From contig NC_014972.1 in NCBI RefSeq assembly GCF_000186885.1, forward strand, positions 3,420,001 through 3,452,000: DNA of 32,000 bases, written 5' to 3'. Under the pieces are notes generated by a model that ran no database searches, was not told where the DNA came from, and worked only from the letters and a program-made list of their open reading frames with translations. Of the stretch, positions 15,075-24,007 are shown in pieces. The DNA is from Desulfobulbus propionicus DSM 2032 (GTDB lineage Bacteria; Desulfobacterota; Desulfobulbia; Desulfobulbales; Desulfobulbaceae). The position numbers were made by a program, and so were the translations under genes. Within the stretch, counting starts at the first letter, position 1. Every line of letters starts with the position of its first letter.

Positions 15075-16196
15075 CTATTCGAGCTGCTGCCGGCCCGGGC
15101 CCTGGAGAATTTCCCGCACCCGTTCAAAGCCCAACGCTTCCACCTCGGTTCCCGCCTTGCCGGCCTGCCAGGATTCAAAAGGAGCAAAGGTCGCCTTAAT
15201 CTGCTGCCATTGCGCCGCGTCGAGATGGTCTGACTCGCCGAACAGGGGGGTGACCACCAACGCCGCCAGCAGCTCCACACTGCCCGCCCAGACCGGATTG
15301 ATGCCCTCGCGCAGGGGCAGGGTCCGACCCGCCTCGACATGGGCCAGGGGAAACTGCTCGACCTCGGCCGAAGCCCCGCTGAGATCCTGGTTGGCCAGGG
15401 TTTCGTAGGTGGCGATGGAAGGATTGAGCGGTTCCTGAGCCTTGGGGTCGAAAGCCGCCAGGCCGCAACGGATGAAGAAATCGTCGATTTTATTCTTCAA
15501 GCGGCTGTAGACAGCGGCCGCGTCTAGGGTCGACTCGCCAAAGGGCAAGATGGCCGAATCGCTGGCCGCTTGGTCCCACCACTGGGCATGGAGCTCCGCC
15601 GCAGTGAAAAAGGCCTCGACCCGCTCCCGTGACACCCCTGGACAGCCGCTGCGGTCCTCGTCGCTGCCCACGCAGGCCATGATCTCCTCGATCAGCTTCC
15701 TGGTGGCCTCATCCTCGGTCGCATGCACCGGCACGATGCCGTCGCCGTTGAACGCCGACTCGTGCAACAGCGAGGAAGTATCGGCCACATCCGCAATTGA
15801 CACCGATTCCGCCTCCGGCTTGCCGAGGTAGGTCAGCAGCTGTCGGGCCGATGCGAGCAGTTGCCGGCCCTCGGGATGGCTGTCGTTGATGGCCCGCAGG
15901 GGCAATTCCGCCGCCCCGGCCAGCAGGGGATCAAAGTCTTTGAGCACCGAACTGACCCACTCCACGGCGGTCAGCACTTCCTGCACCCGTACCCGGCCAT
16001 CGTTGTCGCAATCCAGCAAGGACAAGGTACGGGGATCGAACTCAAGGCCGTTGACCGGGCAGCTGAGCGCCGCCCACAGCTTCTGGTCCAACTCGCCGAG
16101 GTGCCTGATATCCTCGGCGGTTTCAAGACGAACCTGATCAAAACCGCCCAATCGACAAAAACGCCAGCGATAGGTCCCGTTTCCACTGTCTTCCAT
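15075..16196 (-). CDS. N-terminal (soluble) part of a large EF-hand membrane protein, ending at an in-frame TAG
   Basis: The ATG at 16196 (MEDSGNGTYRWRF...) is preceded by GGAGG (16209-16205) with an 8-nt spacer. The track ORF starts 36 nt further upstream. A canonical EF-hand loop DCDNDGRVRVQE lies at 16013-15978. The ORF ends at TAG 15077-15075. Confidence 0.65.
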   Translation of the reverse strand: MEDSGNGTYRWRFCRLGGFDQVRLETAEDIRHLGELDQKLWAALSCPVNGLEFDPRTLSLLDCDNDGRVRVQEVLTAVEWVSSVLKDFDPLLAGAAELPLRAINDSHPEGRQLLASARQLLTYLGKPEAESVSIADVADTSSLLHESAFNGDGIVPVHATEDEATRKLIEEIMACVGSDEDRSGCPGVSRERVEAFFTAAELHAQWWDQAASDSAILPFGESTLDAAAVYSRLKNKIDDFFIRCGLAAFDPKAQEPLNPSIATYETLANQDLSGASAEVEQFPLAHVEAGRTLPLREGINPVWAGSVELLAALVVTPLFGESDHLDAAQWQQIKATFAPFESWQAGKAGTEVEALGFERVREILQGPGRQQLE

Positions 16197-16407
16197 GGCA
16201 AGAGCCTCCGTAGATGAAAAAATGAGCAACACTCCTCTTGTGGCGATGCTTACCGGATTCGGTCAATACCCTCTATTAAATATTCGGTAAATTTTCAAAA
16301 TTGAGTGCAGCGGCTCGCTCGGGCGCCTCCGAGAAAATTCTCATCCGCCCCCATCGCGCCGACCGTGTTCCGCGCGATGGACCAACGCTCCCAGAGCAGA
16401 CGCCCGT

Positions 16408-16935
16408 CTACTGACAGCGCAGCATGGCCAGCTGCATGGTCAGCGGGGTTTCAAAGTGGGCTTCACCCCGGCCCCATTCGGCATAGCCGACAGAAACCCA
16501 GGCTCCCTGTTTTTCCCACAGATCGTACCCGAACTTCCAACCGCCGCACTGCTCGTCGCAGAGGTATTCATACGCCGGCCCGTAGTAGAGGAACCGCAGG
16601 CCGTTGTCGTCCTCGCTCTGCCGGCTCTGGCCGATCAACACCTGATCCGCCCCGCGCTTGCCGGCTTCGCCGAGCACGGCGGCTTCGATATCCTTGCCGG
16701 TCTGGTTGGCGGGCAGCTGCACCAGGACTTCGGCAAACACCCGGCAGGATCTGTCGACCTGGGCCGACTGAAAAGCAATGGCGATTTTATTGGTGGCCGG
16801 ATACACTGGCCCGTTGTACGCCGTTCGGTCCTCACCGCTCAGACCGACAAGCTTGCCGACCTCCTGGTTGAGGCCGCATCCCGAGGCAGCGGCAAGAACG
16901 GCCGCGGCCGCAATAAACTGACTCCATTTTGACAT
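16408..16935 (-). CDS. hypothetical lipoprotein (175 aa)
   Basis: The ATG at 16935 gives MSKWSQFIAAAAVLAAAS|GCGLNQ, a signal peptide with a lipobox. A GGAG SD lies 7 nt upstream. The longer track ORF (to 17067) would add a non-signal-like 44-aa extension. No family was recognised. Confidence 0.65.
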   Translation of the reverse strand: MSKWSQFIAAAAVLAAASGCGLNQEVGKLVGLSGEDRTAYNGPVYPATNKIAIAFQSAQVDRSCRVFAEVLVQLPANQTGKDIEAAVLGEAGKRGADQVLIGQSRQSEDDNGLRFLYYGPAYEYLCDEQCGGWKFGYDLWEKQGAWVSVGYAEWGRGEAHFETPLTMQLAMLRCQ

Positions 16936-16963
16936 GTGTACGCTCCGCAAGAGTGGTCTGTAG

Positions 16964-17003
16964 CGCGAAAACAGAGGGATCTCGCATCGCCTCCTTTTTC
17001 GCG
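16964..17003. promoter_or_regulatory. inverted repeat in the divergent lipoprotein/EamA intergenic region (possible operator)
   Basis: CGCGAAAA (16964-16971) and TTTTCGCG (16996-17003) are perfect 8-nt inverted repeats separated by 24 nt. They lie between the divergent starts at 16935 (-) and 17045 (+). Function is unknown. Confidence 0.15.
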
Positions 17004-17044
17004 ATTCCATTTTTTGCGCAAAGGAAAACAGGACCCCCAAAAGA

Positions 17045-17950
17045 ATGCAAGGAGAAAAACATTCCACCCTTCAGGCCGATCTGCTCCTCCTCCTAGTCGC
17101 GCTGATCTGGGGCTTTGGTTTTGTCGCCCAACGGGTCGGCATGGACCACCTCGGCCCCTATACCTTCAACGGCATCCGCTTCCTGCTTGGCGGGCTGTGT
17201 TTGCTGCCCCTCGCCCTGGGCCGCGCAACGACGCCTATGGTCCCCAAGGATCGGCACATTCCCTTGCCTTGGGCCGGACTCCTGGCCGGCGGGATCTTGT
17301 TCATCGCCGCTACCCTGCAGCAGGTCGGCATCACCTCGACCACGGCGGGCAAAGCCGGGTTCATCACCGGCCTCTACGTGGTGCTGGTGCCGATGCTCGG
17401 CCTGCTCGTTCGGGAACGGACCCATGGCGGCACCTGGCTCGGCGCCGTGGCGGCGGCGATAGGCTTGTACCTGCTCAGCGTCAGCGAAGATTTCCGTATC
17501 GAGGCCGGGGATCTGCTGGTGCTGATCGGCGCCGTGTTCTGGGCCGGCCACGTGCTGGCGCTCTCCTACCTCTCGCCCCGAACCGTGCCGGTACGGCTGG
17601 CCATGGTCCAATTCTTCGTCTGCGGGGGACTCAGTCTGCTCACCGGGGTGTGCCTGGAACCCATCACCCTGCAGGCGATCATCGAGGCGACGGTCCCCAT
17701 CTTCTACGGCGGCGTCTGCTCGGTGGGCGCTGGCTACACCCTCCAGGTGGTGGTACAGCGCAAGGCCCACCCCTCGCACGCGGCCATCCTGCTGAGTTTG
17801 GAATCCCCGTTTGCCGCCTTGGGCGGCTGGTTGCTGCTGGGAGAAGTCCTCTCCGGACGGGCGGTCGTCGGCTGCGCCCTGATGCTCGCCGGCATGCTCG
17901 TTTCCCAGTTATGGCCGATGATGGTGGGGAGGGGAAAAAAGGCGTGCTGA
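17045..17950 (+). CDS. DMT-superfamily transporter (EamA/RhaT type, 10 TM)
   Basis: The 301-aa hydrophobic ORF shows the EamA repeat signature LLLLLVALIWGFGFVAQRVGM....P..F.G.RF. A second half-repeat follows (LIGAVFWAGHVLA...). Confidence 0.85.
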   Translation: MQGEKHSTLQADLLLLLVALIWGFGFVAQRVGMDHLGPYTFNGIRFLLGGLCLLPLALGRATTPMVPKDRHIPLPWAGLLAGGILFIAATLQQVGITSTTAGKAGFITGLYVVLVPMLGLLVRERTHGGTWLGAVAAAIGLYLLSVSEDFRIEAGDLLVLIGAVFWAGHVLALSYLSPRTVPVRLAMVQFFVCGGLSLLTGVCLEPITLQAIIEATVPIFYGGVCSVGAGYTLQVVVQRKAHPSHAAILLSLESPFAALGGWLLLGEVLSGRAVVGCALMLAGMLVSQLWPMMVGRGKKAC

Positions 17951-18007
17951 CCCTCCGCACCCTCCCCGTCACCCATCGCCAACAAGGGTTCCCATAATCA
18001 AGAACAA

Positions 18008-18036
18008 TTGCCGGATACCGTCGTTGCAGGTACTAT
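18008..18036 (+). promoter_or_regulatory. candidate sigma70-type promoter for ettA
   Basis: TTGCCG (18008-18013) is followed by a 17-nt spacer and TACTAT (18031-18036). This would give a leader of about 105 nt before the ATG at 18148. This is a by-eye match only. Confidence 0.3.
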
Positions 18037-18147
18037 AGCCCGGTTGGACAGGCGGGTTACCCCACCGTCAAGACAAAGACCATCAAGGATACCGGAAACA
18101 ACAGCGGCATCTTTTCCCCCAGATCCCTGCACAAAGGATAGAGCAGC

Positions 18148-19833
<1,686 letters not shown>

Positions 19834-19854
19834 CCTCCCTTTTTTTACAGCCGC

Positions 19855-19904
19855 GCCGCATGCCGGCCCTTGATCCGTACTGGCGGATCAGGACGGCATG
19901 CGGC
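19855..19904 (+). terminator. long GC-rich hairpin downstream of ettA (possible terminator or RNA-stability element)
   Basis: GCCGCATGCCG (19855-19865) pairs perfectly with CGGCATGCGGC (19894-19904). An inner TGATCCG/CGGATCA stem (19871-19877 / 19884-19890) is also present. No clean U-tract follows. A separate T7 run lies at 19840-19846, just after the ettA stop. Confidence 0.35.
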
Positions 19905-20073
19905 CGGCCCCCGTTCTTGCTCCATTTTCTTGTGGCGCATCCTCCCGGATATGCTTATAACTCCCCCCATGAATACACTGGGCAGCACGGATAATTTTGC
20001 CCCACAAAGTGGCATACACGGTGGTCGATCCGACCATGCGGGGAGCAGGACAACCATAAGGAGGACCATCGGG

Positions 20074-21210
20074 ATGGTTGCTCCTCCCCGGTTAGTCGAA
20101 CGCCAATACTTCACCTTTGCCGAACCGCCGCACGAGATGATCCTTGACTGCGGCGCCCGCCTGGGGCCGATCACCCTGGCTTACGAAACCCTGGGCGAGC
20201 TCAACGCCGAGCGCACCAACGCCATCCTCATCCTCCACGCCTTTTCCGGCGATTCCCATGTGGCCGGCTACCTGCACGAGGATGACGAGCGTCCCGGCTG
20301 GTGGGACAACATGGTCGGTCCGGGCAAGCCGGTGGACACCAACCGCTATTTCGTCATCTGTTCCAACATTCTCGGCAGCTGCGCCGGCTCCACCGGACCC
20401 TCGTCGATCAATCCGCAGACCGGCAAACCCTATGGACTCACCTTTCCGATGGTGACCATCAAGGACATGGTCCGGGCGCAAAAGCACCTGATCGAACACC
20501 TGGGGATTCGCAAGCTGATGTCGCTGATCGGCGGCTCGGTCGGCGGCATGCAGGTGCTGCGCTGGTGCGCCGACTACCCGGAGATGGTGGGCTCGGCCAT
20601 CCCCCTGGCCACCACGGCCCGCCATTCGGCCCAGGCCATTGCCTTCAACGAGGTGGCGCGGCAGGCAATCATGGCCGACCCGGCGTGGAACAACGGCGAT
20701 TATTACGACGGCCCCGGCCCGGCGCATGGCTTGGCGGTGGCACGAATGATCGGCCATGTCACCTATCTGTCCGATGAGGCCATGCGGGAGAAATTCGGTC
20801 GTCGGCTGCACCGCAGCGCCCTGTCGTTCGACTTCACCGGCGATTTCCAGGTGGAAAGTTATCTCCATCACCAGGGCAAGAAATTCGTCGACCGCTTCGA
20901 CGCCAACTCGCTGCTCTACATCACCAAGGCCGCCGACTATTTCGACCTCGAACGCGGCGGCCACAACCTGCTGGTCAATGAGGCCCTGGCCGACGTGCCC
21001 TTTCTGGTGATCTCCTTCACCTCCGACTGGCTCTACCCCACCTATCAGTCACGCGATATCGTCTCGGCCCTGAAAAAAAACGGCAGCGATGTCAGCTTCT
21101 GCGAGATCGAGGCCCAGTGGGGTCACGACGCCTTCCTGGTGCCCAATGAACGCCTCAACGGGCTGATCAGTGGTTTTCTCGATCGGGTGTACCATGAACA
21201 GTGTCTATAA
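20074..21210 (+). CDS. metX: homoserine O-acetyltransferase MetX
   Basis: The N-terminal region reads ...[40 protein letters not shown]......[33 protein letters not shown], with the nucleophile motif GGSVGGMQ. The ATG at 20074 follows AAGGAGG (20058-20064). The track ORF from 19870 would add 68 aa that are not homologous. Confidence 0.9.
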   Translation: MVAPPRLVERQYFTFAEPPHEMILDCGARLGPITLAYETLGELNAERTNAILILHAFSGDSHVAGYLHEDDERPGWWDNMVGPGKPVDTNRYFVICSNILGSCAGSTGPSSINPQTGKPYGLTFPMVTIKDMVRAQKHLIEHLGIRKLMSLIGGSVGGMQVLRWCADYPEMVGSAIPLATTARHSAQAIAFNEVARQAIMADPAWNNGDYYDGPGPAHGLAVARMIGHVTYLSDEAMREKFGRRLHRSALSFDFTGDFQVESYLHHQGKKFVDRFDANSLLYITKAADYFDLERGGHNLLVNEALADVPFLVISFTSDWLYPTYQSRDIVSALKKNGSDVSFCEIEAQWGHDAFLVPNERLNGLISGFLDRVYHEQCL

Positions 21211-21226
21211 CCGGGAACTGGGCACC

Positions 21227-21829
21227 ATGCGTTTTGACCTCCAGGTCATCGCCTCGTGGATCGAACCGGGTTCACGGGTGCTTGATCTGGGCTGCGGCAG
21301 CGGCGATCTGCTCGACTACCTCAAACAGCACAAGCAAGGCATCGGCACCGGCATCGAGCTGTCCGAGGAGAAGGTGGCCCGGTGCATCGAACGCGGCCTG
21401 ACCGTGCTCCAGGGCGACTTTCGCCAGGAGGTCCGCGATTATCCCGAGGGGCGTTTCGATGTGGTGGTGCTCAGCCAGACCCTGCAGCAAATCCATGACC
21501 CCAAGGAGCTGTTGATGGATCTGCTGTGGATCGGCAAGCGGGTGATCGTCAGCTTTCCCAACTTCGCCCACTGGTCGGCGCGGCTGCAACTCTTGTTCAC
21601 CGGCATGGCGCCGGTCACTGACCAGCTGCCCTACGAATGGTACAACACCCCGAACATCCGGGTTATTTCCATCAAGGATTTCAAGCGCTTTCTCCGCATG
21701 TTCGGAGTGCGCACGGTGCGTGAGGTGGCGATCAACACCCATCATCACGACTATAAAGGCAACATTGTCCGCTCGTTCAAGAATCTGCGGGCAACCTATG
21801 GCATCATGATGCTGGAGCGAGTGACGTGA
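21227..21829 (+). CDS. metW: methionine biosynthesis protein MetW
   Basis: The N-terminus MRFDLQVIASWIEPGSRVLDLGCGSGDLLDYL carries a SAM-MTase-like GxGxG motif. LQQIHDP and VSFPNFAHW follow, as is typical of MetW. The gene lies directly downstream of metX. The start could alternatively be the ATG at 21194. Confidence 0.85.
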   Translation: MRFDLQVIASWIEPGSRVLDLGCGSGDLLDYLKQHKQGIGTGIELSEEKVARCIERGLTVLQGDFRQEVRDYPEGRFDVVVLSQTLQQIHDPKELLMDLLWIGKRVIVSFPNFAHWSARLQLLFTGMAPVTDQLPYEWYNTPNIRVISIKDFKRFLRMFGVRTVREVAINTHHHDYKGNIVRSFKNLRATYGIMMLERVT

Positions 21830-21855
21830 GCCGCTTTTTTCAGGAAGAGTTGATT

Positions 21856-22827
21856 ATGGGAAAACAGGACGTGCTGGCCGGAAGTTGCAAGACCGAAACC
21901 ATCACCGCCGAGCGGGTGCGCAATCCGATTCCCGACGCGGTGACCGCCTTGGCCGAAGGGTTCAGGAGCGGCCGCTGGGCCAGCCATATCGAACCGGTGC
22001 CGATTCCCTCCAAGCAGGCGATCATCCATCTGATCGAGCAAGCGCAGCAAATCCTTTTTCCCGGCTTTTTTTCCGCCGATATTCTTCGTCCGGAGAATCT
22101 TGACTATCATCTGGGGCAGCAACTGAGCCAGTTCTATGAACATCTCGCCAGCCAGATCAGTTCGGCCATCCGCCACGACTGCTTCCGCCACAACCAGGCC
22201 TGCACCCTGTGCAATGAGCGCAGCTACGAAATCGCCGCCGAGCTGATCGACAGCCTGCCCGCGATCCGCAACCTGCTGGAGTCGGACATCGAGGCCACGC
22301 TGACCGGCGACCCGGCGGCGGCCAACTCGGACGAGGTGATCTTCAGCTATCCCGGCCTGTTCGCCACCCTGATCTACCGCCTGGCCCATCGCCTCCACCA
22401 ACTGGGGGTACCGCTCATTCCCCGGATCATGAGCGAACACGCCTATCACCGCACCGCCATCGACATCAATCCCGAGGCCACCATCGGTTCGGACTTCTTC
22501 ATCGATCACGGCTCCGGCGTGGTCATCGGCTCCACCACCACCATCGGCAACCGGGTGCGGCTCTACCAGGGCGTCACCCTCGGCGCCCTGTCCTTGCCCC
22601 GGGACGCGGGGATGAAGCTGCGCAACGTCAAACGCCACCCCACCATCGAGGACGACGTCATCATCTACGCCAATGCCACCATCCTCGGCGGCGACACCGT
22701 GGTCGGTGCGCGCTCGATCATCGGCGGCAACGTCTGGCTGACCGAGTCGGTCGGTCCGGATACCCGGGTGATGCTGGAGCAGCCCCGTCTGGTCTATATC
22801 GGTCGCGAGCAGGGAGGACAACCATGA
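21856..22827 (+). CDS. cysE: serine O-acetyltransferase (long, EpsC-type N-terminal extension)
   Basis: The left-handed beta-helix hexapeptide region is IDINPEATIGSDFFIDHGSGVVIGSTTTIGNRVRLYQGVTLGA.......KRHPTIEDDVIIYANATILGG.TVVGARSIIGGNVWL. An upstream SATase helical region is present (IFSYPGLFATLIYRLAH.L...G.PLIPR..SE.AH..T). The ATG at 21856 follows AGGAAGAG. An alternative GTG at 21826 overlaps the metW stop (GTGA). Confidence 0.85.
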   Translation: MGKQDVLAGSCKTETITAERVRNPIPDAVTALAEGFRSGRWASHIEPVPIPSKQAIIHLIEQAQQILFPGFFSADILRPENLDYHLGQQLSQFYEHLASQISSAIRHDCFRHNQACTLCNERSYEIAAELIDSLPAIRNLLESDIEATLTGDPAAANSDEVIFSYPGLFATLIYRLAHRLHQLGVPLIPRIMSEHAYHRTAIDINPEATIGSDFFIDHGSGVVIGSTTTIGNRVRLYQGVTLGALSLPRDAGMKLRNVKRHPTIEDDVIIYANATILGGDTVVGARSIIGGNVWLTESVGPDTRVMLEQPRLVYIGREQGGQP

Positions 22828-23750
22828 GGACGGTGTGCGGCGATTTCACTCAGGCGGTGGGCAACACCCCATTGGTTCATCTTCGGCACATCAGCTCCGC
22901 AACCGGAGTTGAACTGCTGGCCAAGGTGGAGTCGTTCAATCCGCTGGGCAGCATCAAGGACCGGGTGGCGGTGGCCATGGTCGATGACGCCGAGCAACGC
23001 GGTTTGCTTGCCCCGGGCGGCACCATTGTCGAGCCGACCAGCGGCAATACCGGCATCGGGCTGGCCTTTGTCAGTGCCAGCCGCGGCTACCATCTGATCC
23101 TCGCCATGCCCGAAAGCATGAGCATTGAGCGGCGCAAGCTGCTGATCCATCTGGGGGCCGAGCTGGTGCTGACCCCGGCGGCCGAGGGCATGCGGGGTGC
23201 AGTGGCCCGGGCCGCCGCCATTCAGCAGGAACGTCCGGGCGTCTGGATGCCCAACCAGTTCGCCAACCCGGCCAACCCGGCCATGCACCGGCGCACCACC
23301 GGCCCGGAGATCTGGCAACAGGGAGGGGGGCGGATCGACGCCTTTGTCGCCGGCGTGGGCACCGGCGGCACCATCAGCGGTGTGGGCGGGTACCTCAAGG
23401 AACAGCACCCGGCGGTGCGGATCGTGGCGGTCGAGCCGGCCGCCTCGCCGGTGCTCTCGGGTGGTATGCCCGGGCCGCACAAGATCCAGGGCATCGGCGC
23501 CGGTTTTGTTCCGGACAATCTCGACCGGGCGGTGATCGACGAGATTGTTACAGTCGAAAACGACGAGGCCATCCGCCAGGCGCAGTTTCTGGCCCGGCGT
23601 GAAGGCATCCTCTGCGGCATCTCCGGTGGCGCGGCCCTGGCCGGAGCCCTGCGGTTGGCTGTCCGGCCCGAGTTTCAGGGTAAACGGATCGTCCTTCTTC
23701 TGCCCGACACCGGCGAGCGCTATCTGAGCACCGAGTTGATGACCGCATAG
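22824..23750 (+). CDS. cysK: cysteine synthase (O-acetylserine sulfhydrylase, CysK/CysM family, PLP-dependent)
   Basis: GNTPLV.L.......G.ELLAKVESFNPLGSIKDRVA contains the PLP-Lys motif. EPTSGNTGIGLA and GVGTGGTISGVG follow. A GGGAGG SD is present. The ATG overlaps the cysE stop (ATGA at 22824-22827). Confidence 0.9.
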   Translation: MRTVCGDFTQAVGNTPLVHLRHISSATGVELLAKVESFNPLGSIKDRVAVAMVDDAEQRGLLAPGGTIVEPTSGNTGIGLAFVSASRGYHLILAMPESMSIERRKLLIHLGAELVLTPAAEGMRGAVARAAAIQQERPGVWMPNQFANPANPAMHRRTTGPEIWQQGGGRIDAFVAGVGTGGTISGVGGYLKEQHPAVRIVAVEPAASPVLSGGMPGPHKIQGIGAGFVPDNLDRAVIDEIVTVENDEAIRQAQFLARREGILCGISGGAALAGALRLAVRPEFQGKRIVLLLPDTGERYLSTELMTA

Positions 23751-24007
23751 TCTTCGCCGAATCCACCATCGCCTATATCACGGACTGTCGGCACAGCCTG
23801 CCCATTCTCCTCGTCTTTCTGGGCAACAGAGCTGTTGGATGATACGGTGGGGGATTTTCCCTGCCTTACGTGGGGAGCACGCGCATTCCTTTGAATTTAT
23901 CGGCAGGATATGCTTACATGGGACCTTTCGATCGCAGGAGAGGCACCCGCTGCCGGAGCGTCTTGCGGGACACCTTCCACCACTTCTTTCTGAAGAAGGG
24001 ACAATCC

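Noticed and set aside
15075-15077. The in-frame TAG as a pyrrolysine codon or evidence of amber reassignment.
   Set aside because: At least six ordinary genes in this window terminate with TAG. No pyl genes or methylamine methyltransferase context are visible. The protein is not of a family known to use Pyl. I keep it only as a remote possibility under the readthrough finding.
19905-20073. A SAM-I (S-box) or SAM-II riboswitch upstream of metX.
   Set aside because: I could not find the conserved SAM-I core elements (GAGGGA, GCCC, GGTGC.AA.TCC) on the sense strand. The resemblance to SAM-II (CAAAGTGGC versus AAAGCU) is too weak to call by eye. I reported the region only as an unexplained leader.
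19870-20073. Long N-terminal extensions suggested by the ORF track. They are at metX from 19870, the lipoprotein to 17067, the exported protein from 23870, the YjbQ-like gene to 3837, the small His-tract ORF to 3457, and the EF-hand gene to 16232.
   Set aside because: The extensions have no similarity to the respective families. They bury signal peptides or overlap upstream genes. Better SD-preceded internal starts exist in each case.
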